From the IMG/VR virus record IMGVR_UViG_3300032323_002905, positions 1 through 64,000 of that record: a stretch of 64,000 bases of DNA. One strand, written 5' to 3'. Origin of the DNA: a virus. The translations under genes were made by a program, and so were the position numbers. The notes under the pieces are model-generated. The model saw only the letters and a list, made by a program, of their open reading frames with translations, was not told the DNA's origin and searched no databases. Shown piece by piece: positions 35,894 to 46,447 of the stretch. The first letter of the stretch is position 1, and each line of letters starts with the position of its first letter.

Positions 35894-38800
35894 CTATTTA
35901 TTTTTAAGTTGTTCTTCTAAATTAATTACTTTATCATTTAGTTCTTGAATAGCAGCAATTAACAATGGTACTACCTTTTCATATTGTACTGTTAAATAAT
36001 TTTCTCCTGTTTTACTTACTATATTATTGTTCTCATCTTTAGTAACATCAAATGGAGCTGGTTTTACTGCTTCTGGTAATATTTTTTGTATATCTTGAGC
36101 TATAACTCCAACTTGTCTTTCTGTATTAGATTCAAAATAAATATCTGCTAATTCATTTTGATAATAAGTTACCGCTCTTAATGAATTAACTTTATTTAAA
36201 GCACTTTTAATTGGTTCTAATCCTTTTTTAAGTCTTTCATCTGAGTAATATGCTGTTATATTTCCTGTTGCATTTATAGAACCACTAACATCTAATGCTA
36301 CTGCTGGGGCTGTAATACCAATACCTACATTACCACCATTAACCATAGACATAACTTCATTTCCTCCACCATCAACAAATCTTAATCTATCTGTTGTACC
36401 ACCATAATATATTTGAAAAGCATTAGTGTTATTACCTAATCTTATTCCAGATCTAGATGTTGTATTGTTACCATTTGAAGCGTCTCTTTTTATATCTAAA
36501 AAAGTACCCTCTTGTGAAGCATACATTGTAGCTCCATTAGAAATAGATAATTTACTTGTTGGACTAGTAGTACCAATACCTACGTTACCTGAACCAGACA
36601 TAACCACAGTTTGACCACTTGTACTTCCTCCAGGATAAAATGCTAAAAAGGAACTAGCACCTGAGTTAGCTGCTATTGTTGGTATATTAGCTCCATAGGC
36701 TCCACCCCAAGTTAAATTATTTCCACTTGCTAAGTTAACAGAACCATTAATATCCAATTTAACCACAGGTGATGTTGTTCCAATACCTACATCACCTCCA
36801 CTAAGTATAGCTAATCTTGTTGCACCAGCAGTTCCTAATCGTAAACTAGCTACAGCTTCACCCATCATTACTAAGTTACCTCCACCACCAGCATTGTATT
36901 GTAAATATCCAGTACGAGTATTATTAGCTGTGTTATAAAAAGATATATAAGCAGCATCATTTTGTAAACGTAATAATTCCGCTGCTCCTGCTATTTGTAA
37001 TAATGAACCATCAAATGTTAGATTAGATTCTCCATTAAATGGAGTTCCAGAATCTCCTGTAGCTGTTACTACATAATTATTAACATTATTAGATATTGAG
37101 GTTGCCGCTGCTAAACCTGAAATACCTGAAGTACCTACTTGTCCAGAAGCACCACTTGCTCCTGAAGCGCCGCTAGCACCGGATAAACCTGAAATACCAG
37201 ATGTACCAACTTGTCCTGATGCACCTGATGCTCCTGAAGCACCACTAGCACCTGAAGCACCACTTGCACCTGATAATCCTGAAATACCACTTGTACCTAC
37301 TTGGCCTGAAGCACCTGATGCTCCGCTTGCCCCTGAAGCACCTGAGGCACCACTTAGTCCTGAAATACCTGAAGTACCAACCTGTCCTGAAGCGCCACTT
37401 GCGCCTGAAGCTCCTGAAGCGCCACTTGCACCTGAAGCACCTGATAATCCTGAAATACCAGATGTACCAACTTGTCCTGAAGCACCACTAGCACCTGATA
37501 GACCAGAAATACCTGATGTTCCTACTTGTCCAGAAGCACCGCTTGCGCCTGAAGCACCTGAGGCACCACTTAGTCCTGAAATACCTGAAGTACCTACTTG
37601 GCCTGATGCACCTGAAGCGCCACTTAAACCTGAAATACCACTTGTACCTACTTGACCTGAAGCTCCTGATGCTCCGCTTGCTCCTGAAAGTCCTGAGATA
37701 CCTGAAGTACCTACTTGGCCTGATGCACCACTAGCCCCTGAAGCTCCTGATGCTCCACTTGCGCCTGAAAGTCCTGAGATACCTGAAGTACCTACTTGGC
37801 CTGAAGCTCCTGAAGCACCGCTTGCACCTGAAGCTCCTGATAAACCTGAAAGTCCTGAAATACCTACTTGGCCTGATGCACCACTAGCACCTGATGCTCC
37901 TGATAAACCTGATATACCACTTAATCCTGAAATACCACTTGTTCCTACTTGGCCTGAAGCCCCACTAGCACCTGAAGCACCTGAAGCGCCACTTAAGCCT
38001 GAAATACCTGATATACCAACTTGGCCTGAAGCACCACTCGCTCCTGAGGCTCCTGATAAACCACTTATACCTGAAGTACCTACAGTACCACTTAAGCCTG
38101 AAATACCTGAAGTACCTACTTGGCCTGATGCACCACTAGCACCTGATGCTCCTGATAAACCTGATATACCTGATAAACCTGATGTTCCTGCTGCTGTTGT
38201 TGTAATAACATCACCAGTTGTAGTAACAGCTAATAACGCCGCTACAGATCCGGGAAATGCTCCTGAACCTGTGTACGCAGCTAAGTTCATCTGTCTAGAA
38301 CCTAAACTCCATGATGCTACAGAAGCATTTGATGTAGTTGAAGTACCTCTTAATATTCTGATAGTATTTTGCCAGTTATCAATCATTGAACCTGATGTCC
38401 AAGATGTACCTGGTTGTAATGTTAATTGACCGCCTTCATCTGGTCCTAATGGACCTAAATATAAATTAGATTCTGTACTTGTATTTGTAGTACCAATAGC
38501 AACTACACCATCTTTTGTTATATTAAATACACTACCTGTTGCACTACCTGAAGCAGTAACACTAATATAATTTGCTGTTTGTCCTGCTGCTCCTCTAACT
38601 TGTAAACCACCAACTGAAGATGTAATATTAATTACTTCTACAGCATGGGTAGGTACAGGTGTTAAACCATAAGCACCATTTATAAAACTTGTATAATAAG
38701 AAGCAAACTGTAATCTATTAAAAGGAGCATCAGCTCCATATGTACCACCTTGGAATGTGACGTTATTATTAGACCCACCTGAGCCTGAATTTTTTATTTG

Positions 38801-41800
38801 GAAATAAGCTGTTTGTAAATTGTCTGCCCACCCTCCAACATTAGAAGTAATTCTAAGTTGAGCTGAATCAGTAGAATTTCCTCCGGCATTACCTTCTAAT
38901 ATTAATGAACTAGCTAAAGTTTTAATATTAGGAGAAGCATTATTAGGTCCGTTTAATACTAAACTACCTGTAAGGTTTAATATACTACCATCAAATTGTA
39001 AATTAGCTTCTCCATTAAATGGAGTAGTTGAGTTTCCTGTTGCTGTTACAACATAGTTATTTACATTATTAGTAATTGCTGTTGCTGCTGCTAAACCTGA
39101 AATACCTGAAGTACCAGATAATCCACTTATACCAGATGTTCCTGATAAACCTGAGATACCTGAAGTACCACTTAAGCCTGAAATACCTGACGCACCTGAT
39201 AAACCACTTATACCAGATGTACCAACTTGTCCTGAAGCACCACTTGCGCCTGATGCTCCTGAAAGTCCTGAAATACCTGATATTCCACTTAAACCAGATA
39301 TACCTGATATACCACTAGTACCTGAAGCTCCGCTTGCTCCTGATGTACCACTTAATCCTGAAATACCTGAAGTACCACTTAAGCCTGAAATACCGCTTAA
39401 ACCTGATAAACCTAAGGTACCACTTAAACCTGATAGGCCTGAAATACCAGATAGACCTGATGAACCTGATAGACCTGATAGACCTGATTCTCCTGAAAGT
39501 CCTGAGATGCCTGATAAACCTGATATACCTGATAAACCACTTATACCTGACAAACCTGATAATCCAGAAAGTCCTGAAAGACCTGAATTACCTATAGAAC
39601 CTACTGTTGTTATAACAAATGAATAGTAAGCGCTACCTTCTGTATAATATACAACTGAATGTGATGTTGAGTCATCATTATTTAAATACAATCTAACAAT
39701 CATTCTGTTAGTTGGATCTATAGTTGTTGTAGGTAATACTATATCAACATTAGTTTCAACTGGTGTTGAAGCATTTACCCATCCAATTAAAGCATCACTA
39801 GATGTTATAGCAGGACCAATAGGAGTACCTGATGAATTAGCTAATTGTATTTCACAATAAGCATTAATTTGATCATTAGATGCTTGTTTTAAATAATTAA
39901 AATGGAATCTTTGAATACCTGCTGGTATTACCGCGAATCCTAATTGTGGAGTTATATAATCTGAAACAAGAACTCCTTGCTGATTTCCTGTTAAATTTGT
40001 TGTTAATGTTTGTTGAGAAGCTGTTGATGGAGTAGCAGCTAATACTTTGTATCCTGAAACATCTGAATTTTGACTTTCATTAAAATAATATGTTTGACCT
40101 GCTGTTATACCAGTTGCTCCACTTAAACCTGATATACCTGATAAACCAGAAAATCCTGATAATCCAGAGATACCTGAAAGACCGGATAAACCAGAGATAC
40201 CTGATAAACCTGAAATCCCTGATAAGCCTGATATACCACTTAAGCCTGATATACCTGATATGCCTGAAAGTCCTGAGATACCAGATAAGCCACTTAAACC
40301 AGATTCACCTGATAAACCTGAAATACCTGATAAGCCTGATATACCACTTAGACCTAAAAGTCCTGAAATACCAGATGTACCTGAAAGTCCTGATAGACCT
40401 GATAGACCTGAAATACCACTTAAACCTGATAGACCTGAGATACCTGATAAACCACTTAGACCTGATAAACCACTTAGACCTGAAGTAGCTGTAACTCCTA
40501 ATGTAGTTACTAAATATGAATAATGTTGTGTGCCTTGAGTATAAAAATTAACAGTTTTAGGTGAAGGTTGATTATTATTAACATATATTTTATAAACTAA
40601 TCTATCTGTTGGGTCTAATATAGCTGTTGTAGCTACAGCATTATTTTTAACTTCAACAGGTGTTGTGTTATTTGTATCCCAACCTAATTGTATAGTATCT
40701 GATGTGAATAACAAGGTTTCGACACTACCTGTAGTATATTTAGATATAGTGTAGTAAGAAGTAATATTATCATTTACAGCAGGTTTAGTAAAATAACTAT
40801 ATGAATGCCATATTCCATTTGGAATTACAGATACACCAGGAACATCATTATCTGTTATCCATCCTGAATCAACTATAGCATTTTGTTGACTCGCTGATAA
40901 ATTTACTGGGATAACTTGTTCAGATGCTGATACTGTGAATTTACTTAATTGAAAGTAAGGAGATGAACTACCTGAAGCTGAAGAATTTACAAAGAAATTT
41001 TGACCTCCTGAGTTTCCATTTTCTCCACTTAATCCTGATATACCTGAAAGTCCTGATAAACCTGATATACCTGAAATACCACTTATACCTGATAATCCTG
41101 AAAGACCAGAATCACCATTAGTCCCTGATAAACCACTTAAACCAGAATTACCTGATAAACCACTTAAACCAGAAATACCAATTCCACTTAAGCCTGAAAT
41201 ACCTGTACCACTTAAACCTGAAATACCTGAATTTCCTTCTAAACCACTTAAACCAGATAGACCTGAAACTCCAAAGCCATTTAAACCAGAAATACCTTCT
41301 AAACCTGATATACCACTTAGACCTGATAAGCCAGTTCCACTTAAACCTGATATACCAGAATTACCTGATAAACCACTTAAACCAGATGTACCAAATAAAC
41401 CAGAGATACCTTCTAAACCACTTAAACCTGAGAGACCAGATAAACCAATACCACTTATACCTGATATACCACTTAAGCCTGAAGTACCTTCTAAGCCACT
41501 TAAACCAGATATACCACTTATACCAGATATACCTGATATACCTGAAAGTCCTGAAATACCTGATTGACCAGATAAACCTGAAGTACCTATACCACTTAAT
41601 CCTGATAAACCGCTTGTTCCTATTATACCTGATATACCACTTAAGCCTGATATACCTGATAAACCTGAAATACCTTCTAAACCACTTAAACCTGAGAGAC
41701 CAGAGTCACCACTTAAACCTGAAATACCTTCTAAGCCTGAAAGACCTGAAAGTCCTGATATACCTAAAGTACCACTTAAACCAGAGATACCTGAAATACC

Positions 41801-42424
41801 TGAAGTGCCAATAGTTCCACTTAAACCTGAAATACCTGAAGTACCACTTAGTCCACTTATACCAGATATACCTAATGTTCCTGAAAGTCCTGAAATACCT
41901 GAAATACCACTTAGACCTGATATACCACTTATACCTGATAAGCCTGATAAGCCTGACAAACCTGAGCGACCACTTAAGCCTGAAATACCTGATAAACCAG
42001 ATGTACCAATTCCACTTAAGCCTGACAAACCTGAGCGACCACTTAAGCCTGAAATACCACTTGTACCTAATAAACCTGATATTCCACTTATACCTGAAAG
42101 TCCTGAAGTACTATTTCCACTTAAGCCTGAAAGTCCTGAAAGTCCTATTCCGCTTAAACCTGAAAGACCAGATAAGCCAATACCACTTAAGCCTGAAATA
42201 CCACTTAAACCAGATAATCCTGATAAACCAGATAAACCAGATTGACCATTTAAACCTGATAAACCTGATAATCCTGATAAACCAGATTGGCCATCTAAAC
42301 CTGATAAACCAGATACTCCTCCTCCACCTCCACTACCTGAAGTAGGTACTTGAAAGGAAGCTAAAGATACTTGATCTAAAAATCTTACATTGTTTCTTGG
42401 TATAGAGTTATTTATTCTGGCCAT
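35894..42424 (-). CDS. Giant collagen-like (Gly-X-Ser)n tail fibre with C-terminal peptidase S74 intramolecular chaperone
   Basis: 2176 aa, four G-X-S blocks, G.VGIGTT.P repeats, YYSDERLKK...VGVIAQD....PEAV...Y...VPLLIAAIQEL. Confidence 0.9.
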   Translation of the reverse strand: MARINNSIPRNNVRFLDQVSLASFQVPTSGSGGGGGVSGLSGLDGQSGLSGLSGLSGLNGQSGLSGLSGLSGLSGISGLSGIGLSGLSGLSGIGLSGLSGLSGNSTSGLSGISGISGLLGTSGISGLSGRSGLSGLSGIGTSGLSGISGLSGRSGLSGLSGLSGISGISGLSGISGISGLSGTLGISGISGLSGTSGISGLSGTIGTSGISGISGLSGTLGISGLSGLSGLEGISGLSGDSGLSGLSGLEGISGLSGISGLSGISGIIGTSGLSGLSGIGTSGLSGQSGISGLSGISGISGISGISGLSGLEGTSGLSGISGISGIGLSGLSGLSGLEGISGLFGTSGLSGLSGNSGISGLSGTGLSGLSGISGLEGISGLNGFGVSGLSGLSGLEGNSGISGLSGTGISGLSGIGISGLSGLSGNSGLSGLSGTNGDSGLSGLSGISGISGISGLSGLSGISGLSGENGNSGGQNFFVNSSASGSSSPYFQLSKFTVSASEQVIPVNLSASQQNAIVDSGWITDNDVPGVSVIPNGIWHSYSYFTKPAVNDNITSYYTISKYTTGSVETLLFTSDTIQLGWDTNNTTPVEVKNNAVATTAILDPTDRLVYKIYVNNNQPSPKTVNFYTQGTQHYSYLVTTLGVTATSGLSGLSGLSGLSGISGLSGLSGISGLSGLSGLSGTSGISGLLGLSGISGLSGISGLSGESGLSGLSGISGLSGISGISGLSGISGLSGISGLSGISGLSGLSGISGLSGFSGLSGISGLSGATGITAGQTYYFNESQNSDVSGYKVLAATPSTASQQTLTTNLTGNQQGVLVSDYITPQLGFAVIPAGIQRFHFNYLKQASNDQINAYCEIQLANSSGTPIGPAITSSDALIGWVNASTPVETNVDIVLPTTTIDPTNRMIVRLYLNNDDSTSHSVVYYTEGSAYYSFVITTVGSIGNSGLSGLSGLSGLSGISGLSGISGLSGISGLSGESGLSGLSGSSGLSGISGLSGLSGTLGLSGLSGISGLSGTSGISGLSGTSGASGASGTSGISGISGLSGISGISGLSGASGASGASGQVGTSGISGLSGASGISGLSGTSGISGLSGTSGISGLSGTSGISGLAAATAITNNVNNYVVTATGNSTTPFNGEANLQFDGSILNLTGSLVLNGPNNASPNIKTLASSLILEGNAGGNSTDSAQLRITSNVGGWADNLQTAYFQIKNSGSGGSNNNVTFQGGTYGADAPFNRLQFASYYTSFINGAYGLTPVPTHAVEVINITSSVGGLQVRGAAGQTANYISVTASGSATGSVFNITKDGVVAIGTTNTSTESNLYLGPLGPDEGGQLTLQPGTSWTSGSMIDNWQNTIRILRGTSTTSNASVASWSLGSRQMNLAAYTGSGAFPGSVAALLAVTTTGDVITTTAAGTSGLSGISGLSGASGASGASGQVGTSGISGLSGTVGTSGISGLSGASGASGASGQVGISGISGLSGASGASGASGASGQVGTSGISGLSGISGLSGASGASGASGQVGISGLSGLSGASGASGASGASGQVGTSGISGLSGASGASGASGASGASGQVGTSGISGLSGASGASGASGQVGTSGISGLSGASGASGQVGTSGISGLSGASGASGASGASGQVGTSGISGLSGASGASGQVGTSGISGLSGASGASGASGASGASGASGQVGTSGISGLSGASGASGASGASGASGQVGTSGISGLSGASGASGASGASGASGASGQVGTSGISGLSGASGASGASGASGQVGTSGISGLAAATSISNNVNNYVVTATGDSGTPFNGESNLTFDGSLLQIAGAAELLRLQNDAAYISFYNTANNTRTGYLQYNAGGGGNLVMMGEAVASLRLGTAGATRLAILSGGDVGIGTTSPVVKLDINGSVNLASGNNLTWGGAYGANIPTIAANSGASSFLAFYPGGSTSGQTVVMSGSGNVGIGTTSPTSKLSISNGATMYASQEGTFLDIKRDASNGNNTTSRSGIRLGNNTNAFQIYYGGTTDRLRFVDGGGNEVMSMVNGGNVGIGITAPAVALDVSGSINATGNITAYYSDERLKKGLEPIKSALNKVNSLRAVTYYQNELADIYFESNTERQVGVIAQDIQKILPEAVKPAPFDVTKDENNNIVSKTGENYLTVQYEKVVPLLIAAIQELNDKVINLEEQLKNK
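37110..38190 (-). repeat. Coding repeat (GAS)n-GQV-GTS-GIS-GLS higher-order units
   Basis: 9-bp periodic array with recurring GQVGTSGISGLS; boundaries approximate. Confidence 0.85.
39090..39590 (-). repeat. 9-bp periodic G-X-S coding repeat
   Basis: Degenerate 9-mer array; boundaries approximate. Confidence 0.85.
40115..40485 (-). repeat. 9-bp periodic G-X-S coding repeat
   Basis: Degenerate 9-mer array; boundaries approximate. Confidence 0.85.
41010..42315 (-). repeat. 9-bp periodic G-X-S coding repeat with occasional GI/GT dipeptide interruptions
   Basis: Degenerate 9-mer array; boundaries approximate. Confidence 0.85.
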
Positions 42425-42425
42425 G

Positions 42426-43322
42426 TTATAATTCGTTTGCTATTATTATAGTAGAAGGTTTTGCTTGAGCTGGGATTAATGGTATGTCTGACAAGGTTGA
42501 TTCTATTCCTACAATAATCTTGCTTTTACTTGAAAATTTCTTAATAGAGTTTAAATCTTTTTGTAACACTTCTGGAACTATATAGCCATATACTTTAATA
42601 TTAAAAGTACTTCTAACTAATCGTTCAGCAGTATTTTGTAATTCTGTTACTGTATTAAATGTATCAATACGAGTTTGGAATTGGAATTGTTCTGGGTTGC
42701 CCCAGTATGCATCAGAAGCGTATTCAATTGCTTCTACTATTTTGTTTAATTGTTCTACATAGTAAGTAAATACTACACAACTATAAGTTAATGTTAAATA
42801 ATCAGGTACTACTGAAGCATAATATGTAGTAACTGGTCTTCTGTTAGTTAAAACATTAAAATTACTATATACATTATTTGGAGAATATTGTTTTTCTGTT
42901 ACTGTATAGTTATTAGGTTTATTAGCGTCTAATTTGTTAGCTATAGTTCTATTTTTTTCTATACTATCTCTTTTAAACATAATAAGTGGAGCCATAATAG
43001 CGCCATTTACATCTCTATAATATCCATCTTTTTGATATGATTTCCATTTTTCAGGTGAACCATATATAACAGGAACTTCTATTCTTTCTTCATTTTGTAC
43101 TACATAAGGTCTAATAACATTTTGAAAGTAATACATAATAGCTCCATCAATATCTTCAAGACCAATACTAAAAGGTTTAGTATCATCATTCCTAAATGAA
43201 GTTTGTGTACCTCTATTAGGATTATTAGATTTATTAGGGTTACCTCTTTCAACATCAAAAGGTACTTGTTGATCTACAAGTATTTGTTTTTGTGTTTTAG
43301 GTATAGGTATTCTTCCAGCCAT
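42426..43322 (-). CDS. Tail sheath stabiliser / terminator (T4 gp15-like)
   Basis: VPVIYGSPEKW motif, P..L.Y, position after two neck genes. Confidence 0.65.
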   Translation of the reverse strand: MAGRIPIPKTQKQILVDQQVPFDVERGNPNKSNNPNRGTQTSFRNDDTKPFSIGLEDIDGAIMYYFQNVIRPYVVQNEERIEVPVIYGSPEKWKSYQKDGYYRDVNGAIMAPLIMFKRDSIEKNRTIANKLDANKPNNYTVTEKQYSPNNVYSNFNVLTNRRPVTTYYASVVPDYLTLTYSCVVFTYYVEQLNKIVEAIEYASDAYWGNPEQFQFQTRIDTFNTVTELQNTAERLVRSTFNIKVYGYIVPEVLQKDLNSIKKFSSKSKIIVGIESTLSDIPLIPAQAKPSTIIIANEL

Positions 43323-43870
43323 TATAATCTTGCTTTAGTTATATTTACTCTATCTTGTGGTACATAATGACAATCACAAACAACTGATTGATCCCAACCA
43401 AAGTTTTGTAATCCTGGGTTTAAAGGATTTACATCATATGGATAATCAGGATCTTTACCTACAAATTGTTGATTCATAATTACATTATCTACTTCAAAAT
43501 AACCATTTTGGAATAAAATAATATCTCCTACTTGTGGTACTAAATTAGCTCCATAAAATTCAGTATCAATATTATAATCATAATTTTTATTTAATAAATC
43601 ATCTTTTAAGAATGCTGCTTTTATACCCCAAACTAAATCAGGACCTAAATCACTTGTAGGGAATGCTTGGTCATTTCTTTCAATTAAACAATTTAATAAA
43701 ACAGGTCCTATATAAAATTTACCTTCTACATTTTCACCATACATATTAACTCTAGTTTGACCTAAGTTATACTTATAGTAAGCAACCTGTTGAGTAATAA
43801 CATTACCCATTAATTCTCTATTAATATATCTTAAAGCTGAAACATCTCTTGTACTTCCAAATAATGCCAT
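43322..43870 (-). CDS. Neck / head closure protein (gp14-like)
   Basis: N.YGE, P.VGDII, YFEVDNV; synteny. Confidence 0.65.
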   Translation of the reverse strand: MALFGSTRDVSALRYINRELMGNVITQQVAYYKYNLGQTRVNMYGENVEGKFYIGPVLLNCLIERNDQAFPTSDLGPDLVWGIKAAFLKDDLLNKNYDYNIDTEFYGANLVPQVGDIILFQNGYFEVDNVIMNQQFVGKDPDYPYDVNPLNPGLQNFGWDQSVVCDCHYVPQDRVNITKARL

Positions 43871-43873
43871 TTT

Positions 43874-45094
43874 TTATGCTATATAAATTACCATTGGTAC
43901 TTGATTTATTTCTGTTACACGTGCAGCTGATTCAGCTGCTCTTCTTTCAAGTAATGCTTGACGAGAAGTTTGATCAAAATATTCTCTTAATCTTAAAATT
44001 AAAGCGTCTTTAGTTGCTGTAGCTGAAGCTAATAAATCTTGTTGATTTAAAGTTACTTCAGCATTAGGAATAGGAACAGTACTATATTTTCCTCTAACAT
44101 ATCCTAATATTTCTTTAGTTAATGCTAAAGTGTATTCATATATCCAACTTCTACCTACTGAATTAAGTTTATTATAATTTGGATTAGTGTAAGGTACATT
44201 TGATGTATTAGTAATTTTATTTGTACCATCTCCAAAAGCTGAATCTAATCTTTCTTGTAATACAATGTATTCAAAATTTAAATACATTCCATAATCTAAA
44301 CTAGGGTCAATTTCTTCATTGAAAAATCCAGTTCCTGGTACTGGGAATACAGATATTACATTGTTTGTAATTTCAAAGGTATAATTAGATAATGTTATAG
44401 TATTTTGCATCTCAATAGCTTGGATAGTTTGAGCTGTAAAACTTGTAGGCATCATTAAATAATTTGTATAACCCATTCCTAAACCATAAGCACCTGCTGC
44501 TGGTACACCACCTAAACCTCCTGCTAATGTCCCTAAGAAAGGAGCAAACATTTGAGATACTGCTGGTGGTGGTTGATAGAATACTCTTTTAATTTCAATT
44601 CCACCTACAATACCTTGAGATTCAGCCCAAGCCTTTAAATCATATCTTTGTACTCCAGGAGTTAAAGTTAATCTACCTTTTCTCCAAGTTACATTACCTC
44701 CTGAACCAGCTTCTTCTCCATATTGTTCAGATAATCTAACAATATTAGCCATTGATGGTGTAATTAAAGCATTATCAGCATCAATAGATGTTGAAGCTCC
44801 TTCAAATGAAAGATAATTATCTCTAGTTAAAAAAGCATATAATTCATTTCCATATGTAGTAACTGCTTCTTCAAAAGCAGCATATATGTTAATATCTTGA
44901 AGTTCAATACCCATAATAGGATATCCTAATCTACGAGTAACAAACATAGCTACACTATCAGCATCTGTTTTAAATTGAGCTTCATTATCATAAAATCCAA
45001 ACGGAGTAGGAGGGATTCCTGATGATGGAGTAGTATAATAAGATGCTGATACTTGAGCAAATGAACTAGAACCAGGCCAAATAGGTATATTCAT
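43874..45094 (-). CDS. Neck / head-tail adaptor (gp13-like)
   Basis: RRLGYP...IEL, WI..Y.LAL.KE.LG.VRGKY...P.P...VTLN. Confidence 0.8.
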   Translation of the reverse strand: MNIPIWPGSSSFAQVSASYYTTPSSGIPPTPFGFYDNEAQFKTDADSVAMFVTRRLGYPIMGIELQDINIYAAFEEAVTTYGNELYAFLTRDNYLSFEGASTSIDADNALITPSMANIVRLSEQYGEEAGSGGNVTWRKGRLTLTPGVQRYDLKAWAESQGIVGGIEIKRVFYQPPPAVSQMFAPFLGTLAGGLGGVPAAGAYGLGMGYTNYLMMPTSFTAQTIQAIEMQNTITLSNYTFEITNNVISVFPVPGTGFFNEEIDPSLDYGMYLNFEYIVLQERLDSAFGDGTNKITNTSNVPYTNPNYNKLNSVGRSWIYEYTLALTKEILGYVRGKYSTVPIPNAEVTLNQQDLLASATATKDALILRLREYFDQTSRQALLERRAAESAARVTEINQVPMVIYIA

Positions 45095-45103
45095 ATTATT
45101 TTA

Positions 45104-45526
45104 TTAAGTAGTTACAATGTAATATTCTATTGATGCAGCACTTCCTGTAGGTTGAGCTTTCACAGATTTAATATCACTAAAATTAAAACCACTTTCACTA
45201 CCAGTCATTTTACTTGTTGATATCATATATGAACTACCAGTAGAAATTAAATAACTCATTGCTTCTGTTGAAGAAGATATGATTAATTTAACTGGAGCTA
45301 CAGTTGAATTATTAGTTACTCTAATGTATTGAATACTACTTGTTACAAATGTTCCAGCACCAGGTACTGAGTCCATTGAGAATAATGTAGTAACTGAACC
45401 TGTAGGTATACTAAGAATTCTGTTATCTACAAAATTAACATTGTTAATAGTGTTAGTAACAGAAGATCCTACATTATCTCCATTTAAAGTTAAAATTTCA
45501 AATATTTGGGAAGTGAAAGTTGCCAT
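45104..45526 (-). CDS. Hypothetical virion protein
   Basis: 140 aa, S/T-rich beta protein with four TGS motifs; late motif at 45537-45545. Confidence 0.7.
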   Translation of the reverse strand: MATFTSQIFEILTLNGDNVGSSVTNTINNVNFVDNRILSIPTGSVTTLFSMDSVPGAGTFVTSSIQYIRVTNNSTVAPVKLIISSSTEAMSYLISTGSSYMISTSKMTGSESGFNFSDIKSVKAQPTGSAASIEYYIVTT

Positions 45527-45536
45527 GCCTTTTAAT

Positions 45537-45545
45537 TATAAATAT
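45537..45545 (-). promoter_or_regulatory. Late-type motif ATATTTATA
   Basis: 10 nt upstream of ATG 45526. Confidence 0.5.
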
Positions 45546-45564
45546 CGAAAAAATATGGTTCCTA

Positions 45565-46278
45565 TTATTTAAGTTTAATATTAGTCATACCTCTTTCGTA
45601 AGCATCATTATATAATTCAATTAAATCTTCAACTATCGGATTTCTATGATTAGTAGTTAATTTAATACCAATCAAATTTTTAATTTTTGAAGCAGCTGTA
45701 TATAAGAATTTAAATCCAGAGTCACGTTTATTTTTTAAATCTACTTGATTATCATCACCACATATTATCATTTTAGAATCAATACCAATACGAGTAACTA
45801 TCATTTCCATTTGTTCATGTGTTACGTTTTGAGCTTCATCTACAATAACAATTGAGTTAACAAATGTTCTACCACGCATAAATGATACAGGTACAATTTC
45901 TATATTACCTTCATTAATATGTTTTTCTATAGCAACTTTATCATATAATAAAAACATGTTTTGATAAATTGGTTGAACCCAAGGATCCATTTTTTCTCTT
46001 AAGTCACCTGGTAAAAAGCCAATTTCTTCTTTTGATACTGTAGGTCTAGTAATAATTACTTTTTCTACTTCTTTTATAAATAGCTTTTCTAATGCTATTT
46101 GGCATGCTAATAAGGTTTTACCTGAACCGGCTGAACCAGCTAATAATGTAACTGTATTATTTAAAATTTTTTCCTTTGCTTGTTTCTGTTCTTCGTTTAA
46201 TTGAATTTTAAATTTAATTGGATTTTTGGGTTTGCGTTTTTCCGTGAAGATCTCGTCCTCATGATGATTTGAACTCAT
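45565..46278 (-). CDS. phoH: PhoH-family ATPase
   Basis: GSAGSGKT, ITRP, IGFLPG..EKM.PW, FMRGRTF, DEAQN, TRIG, GD..Q.DL, R..IV. Confidence 0.95.
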   Translation of the reverse strand: MSSNHHEDEIFTEKRKPKNPIKFKIQLNEEQKQAKEKILNNTVTLLAGSAGSGKTLLACQIALEKLFIKEVEKVIITRPTVSKEEIGFLPGDLREKMDPWVQPIYQNMFLLYDKVAIEKHINEGNIEIVPVSFMRGRTFVNSIVIVDEAQNVTHEQMEMIVTRIGIDSKMIICGDDNQVDLKNKRDSGFKFLYTAASKIKNLIGIKLTTNHRNPIVEDLIELYNDAYERGMTNIKLK

Positions 46279-46447
46279 AATACAGTTGTTTAGTAAATAA
46301 AATTGTTGATTTGTTGATTAGCCCGTCTAATACAGCGGGTAAATAAGAGATAATATAATTGTATATATTAATATTAAAATTGATATTAAGCGGTATTATT
46401 GTGAATTTTCCACTCATAAAACTTATTAGTTTCTAATAAATATAAAC

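Noticed and set aside
27730-42315. Repeat arrays as a possible CRISPR array or DGR template/variable repeats
   Set aside because: Degenerate 9-bp codon periodicity within ORFs, no constant repeat with unique spacers, no reverse transcriptase and no adenine-specific divergence
27212-42345. Plus-strand ORFs rich in PEI/PDK/PLK or LINLKY repeats
   Set aside because: Antisense and shifted-frame shadows of the G-X-S repeats; the periodic sequence lacks stops in those frames and there are no expression signals
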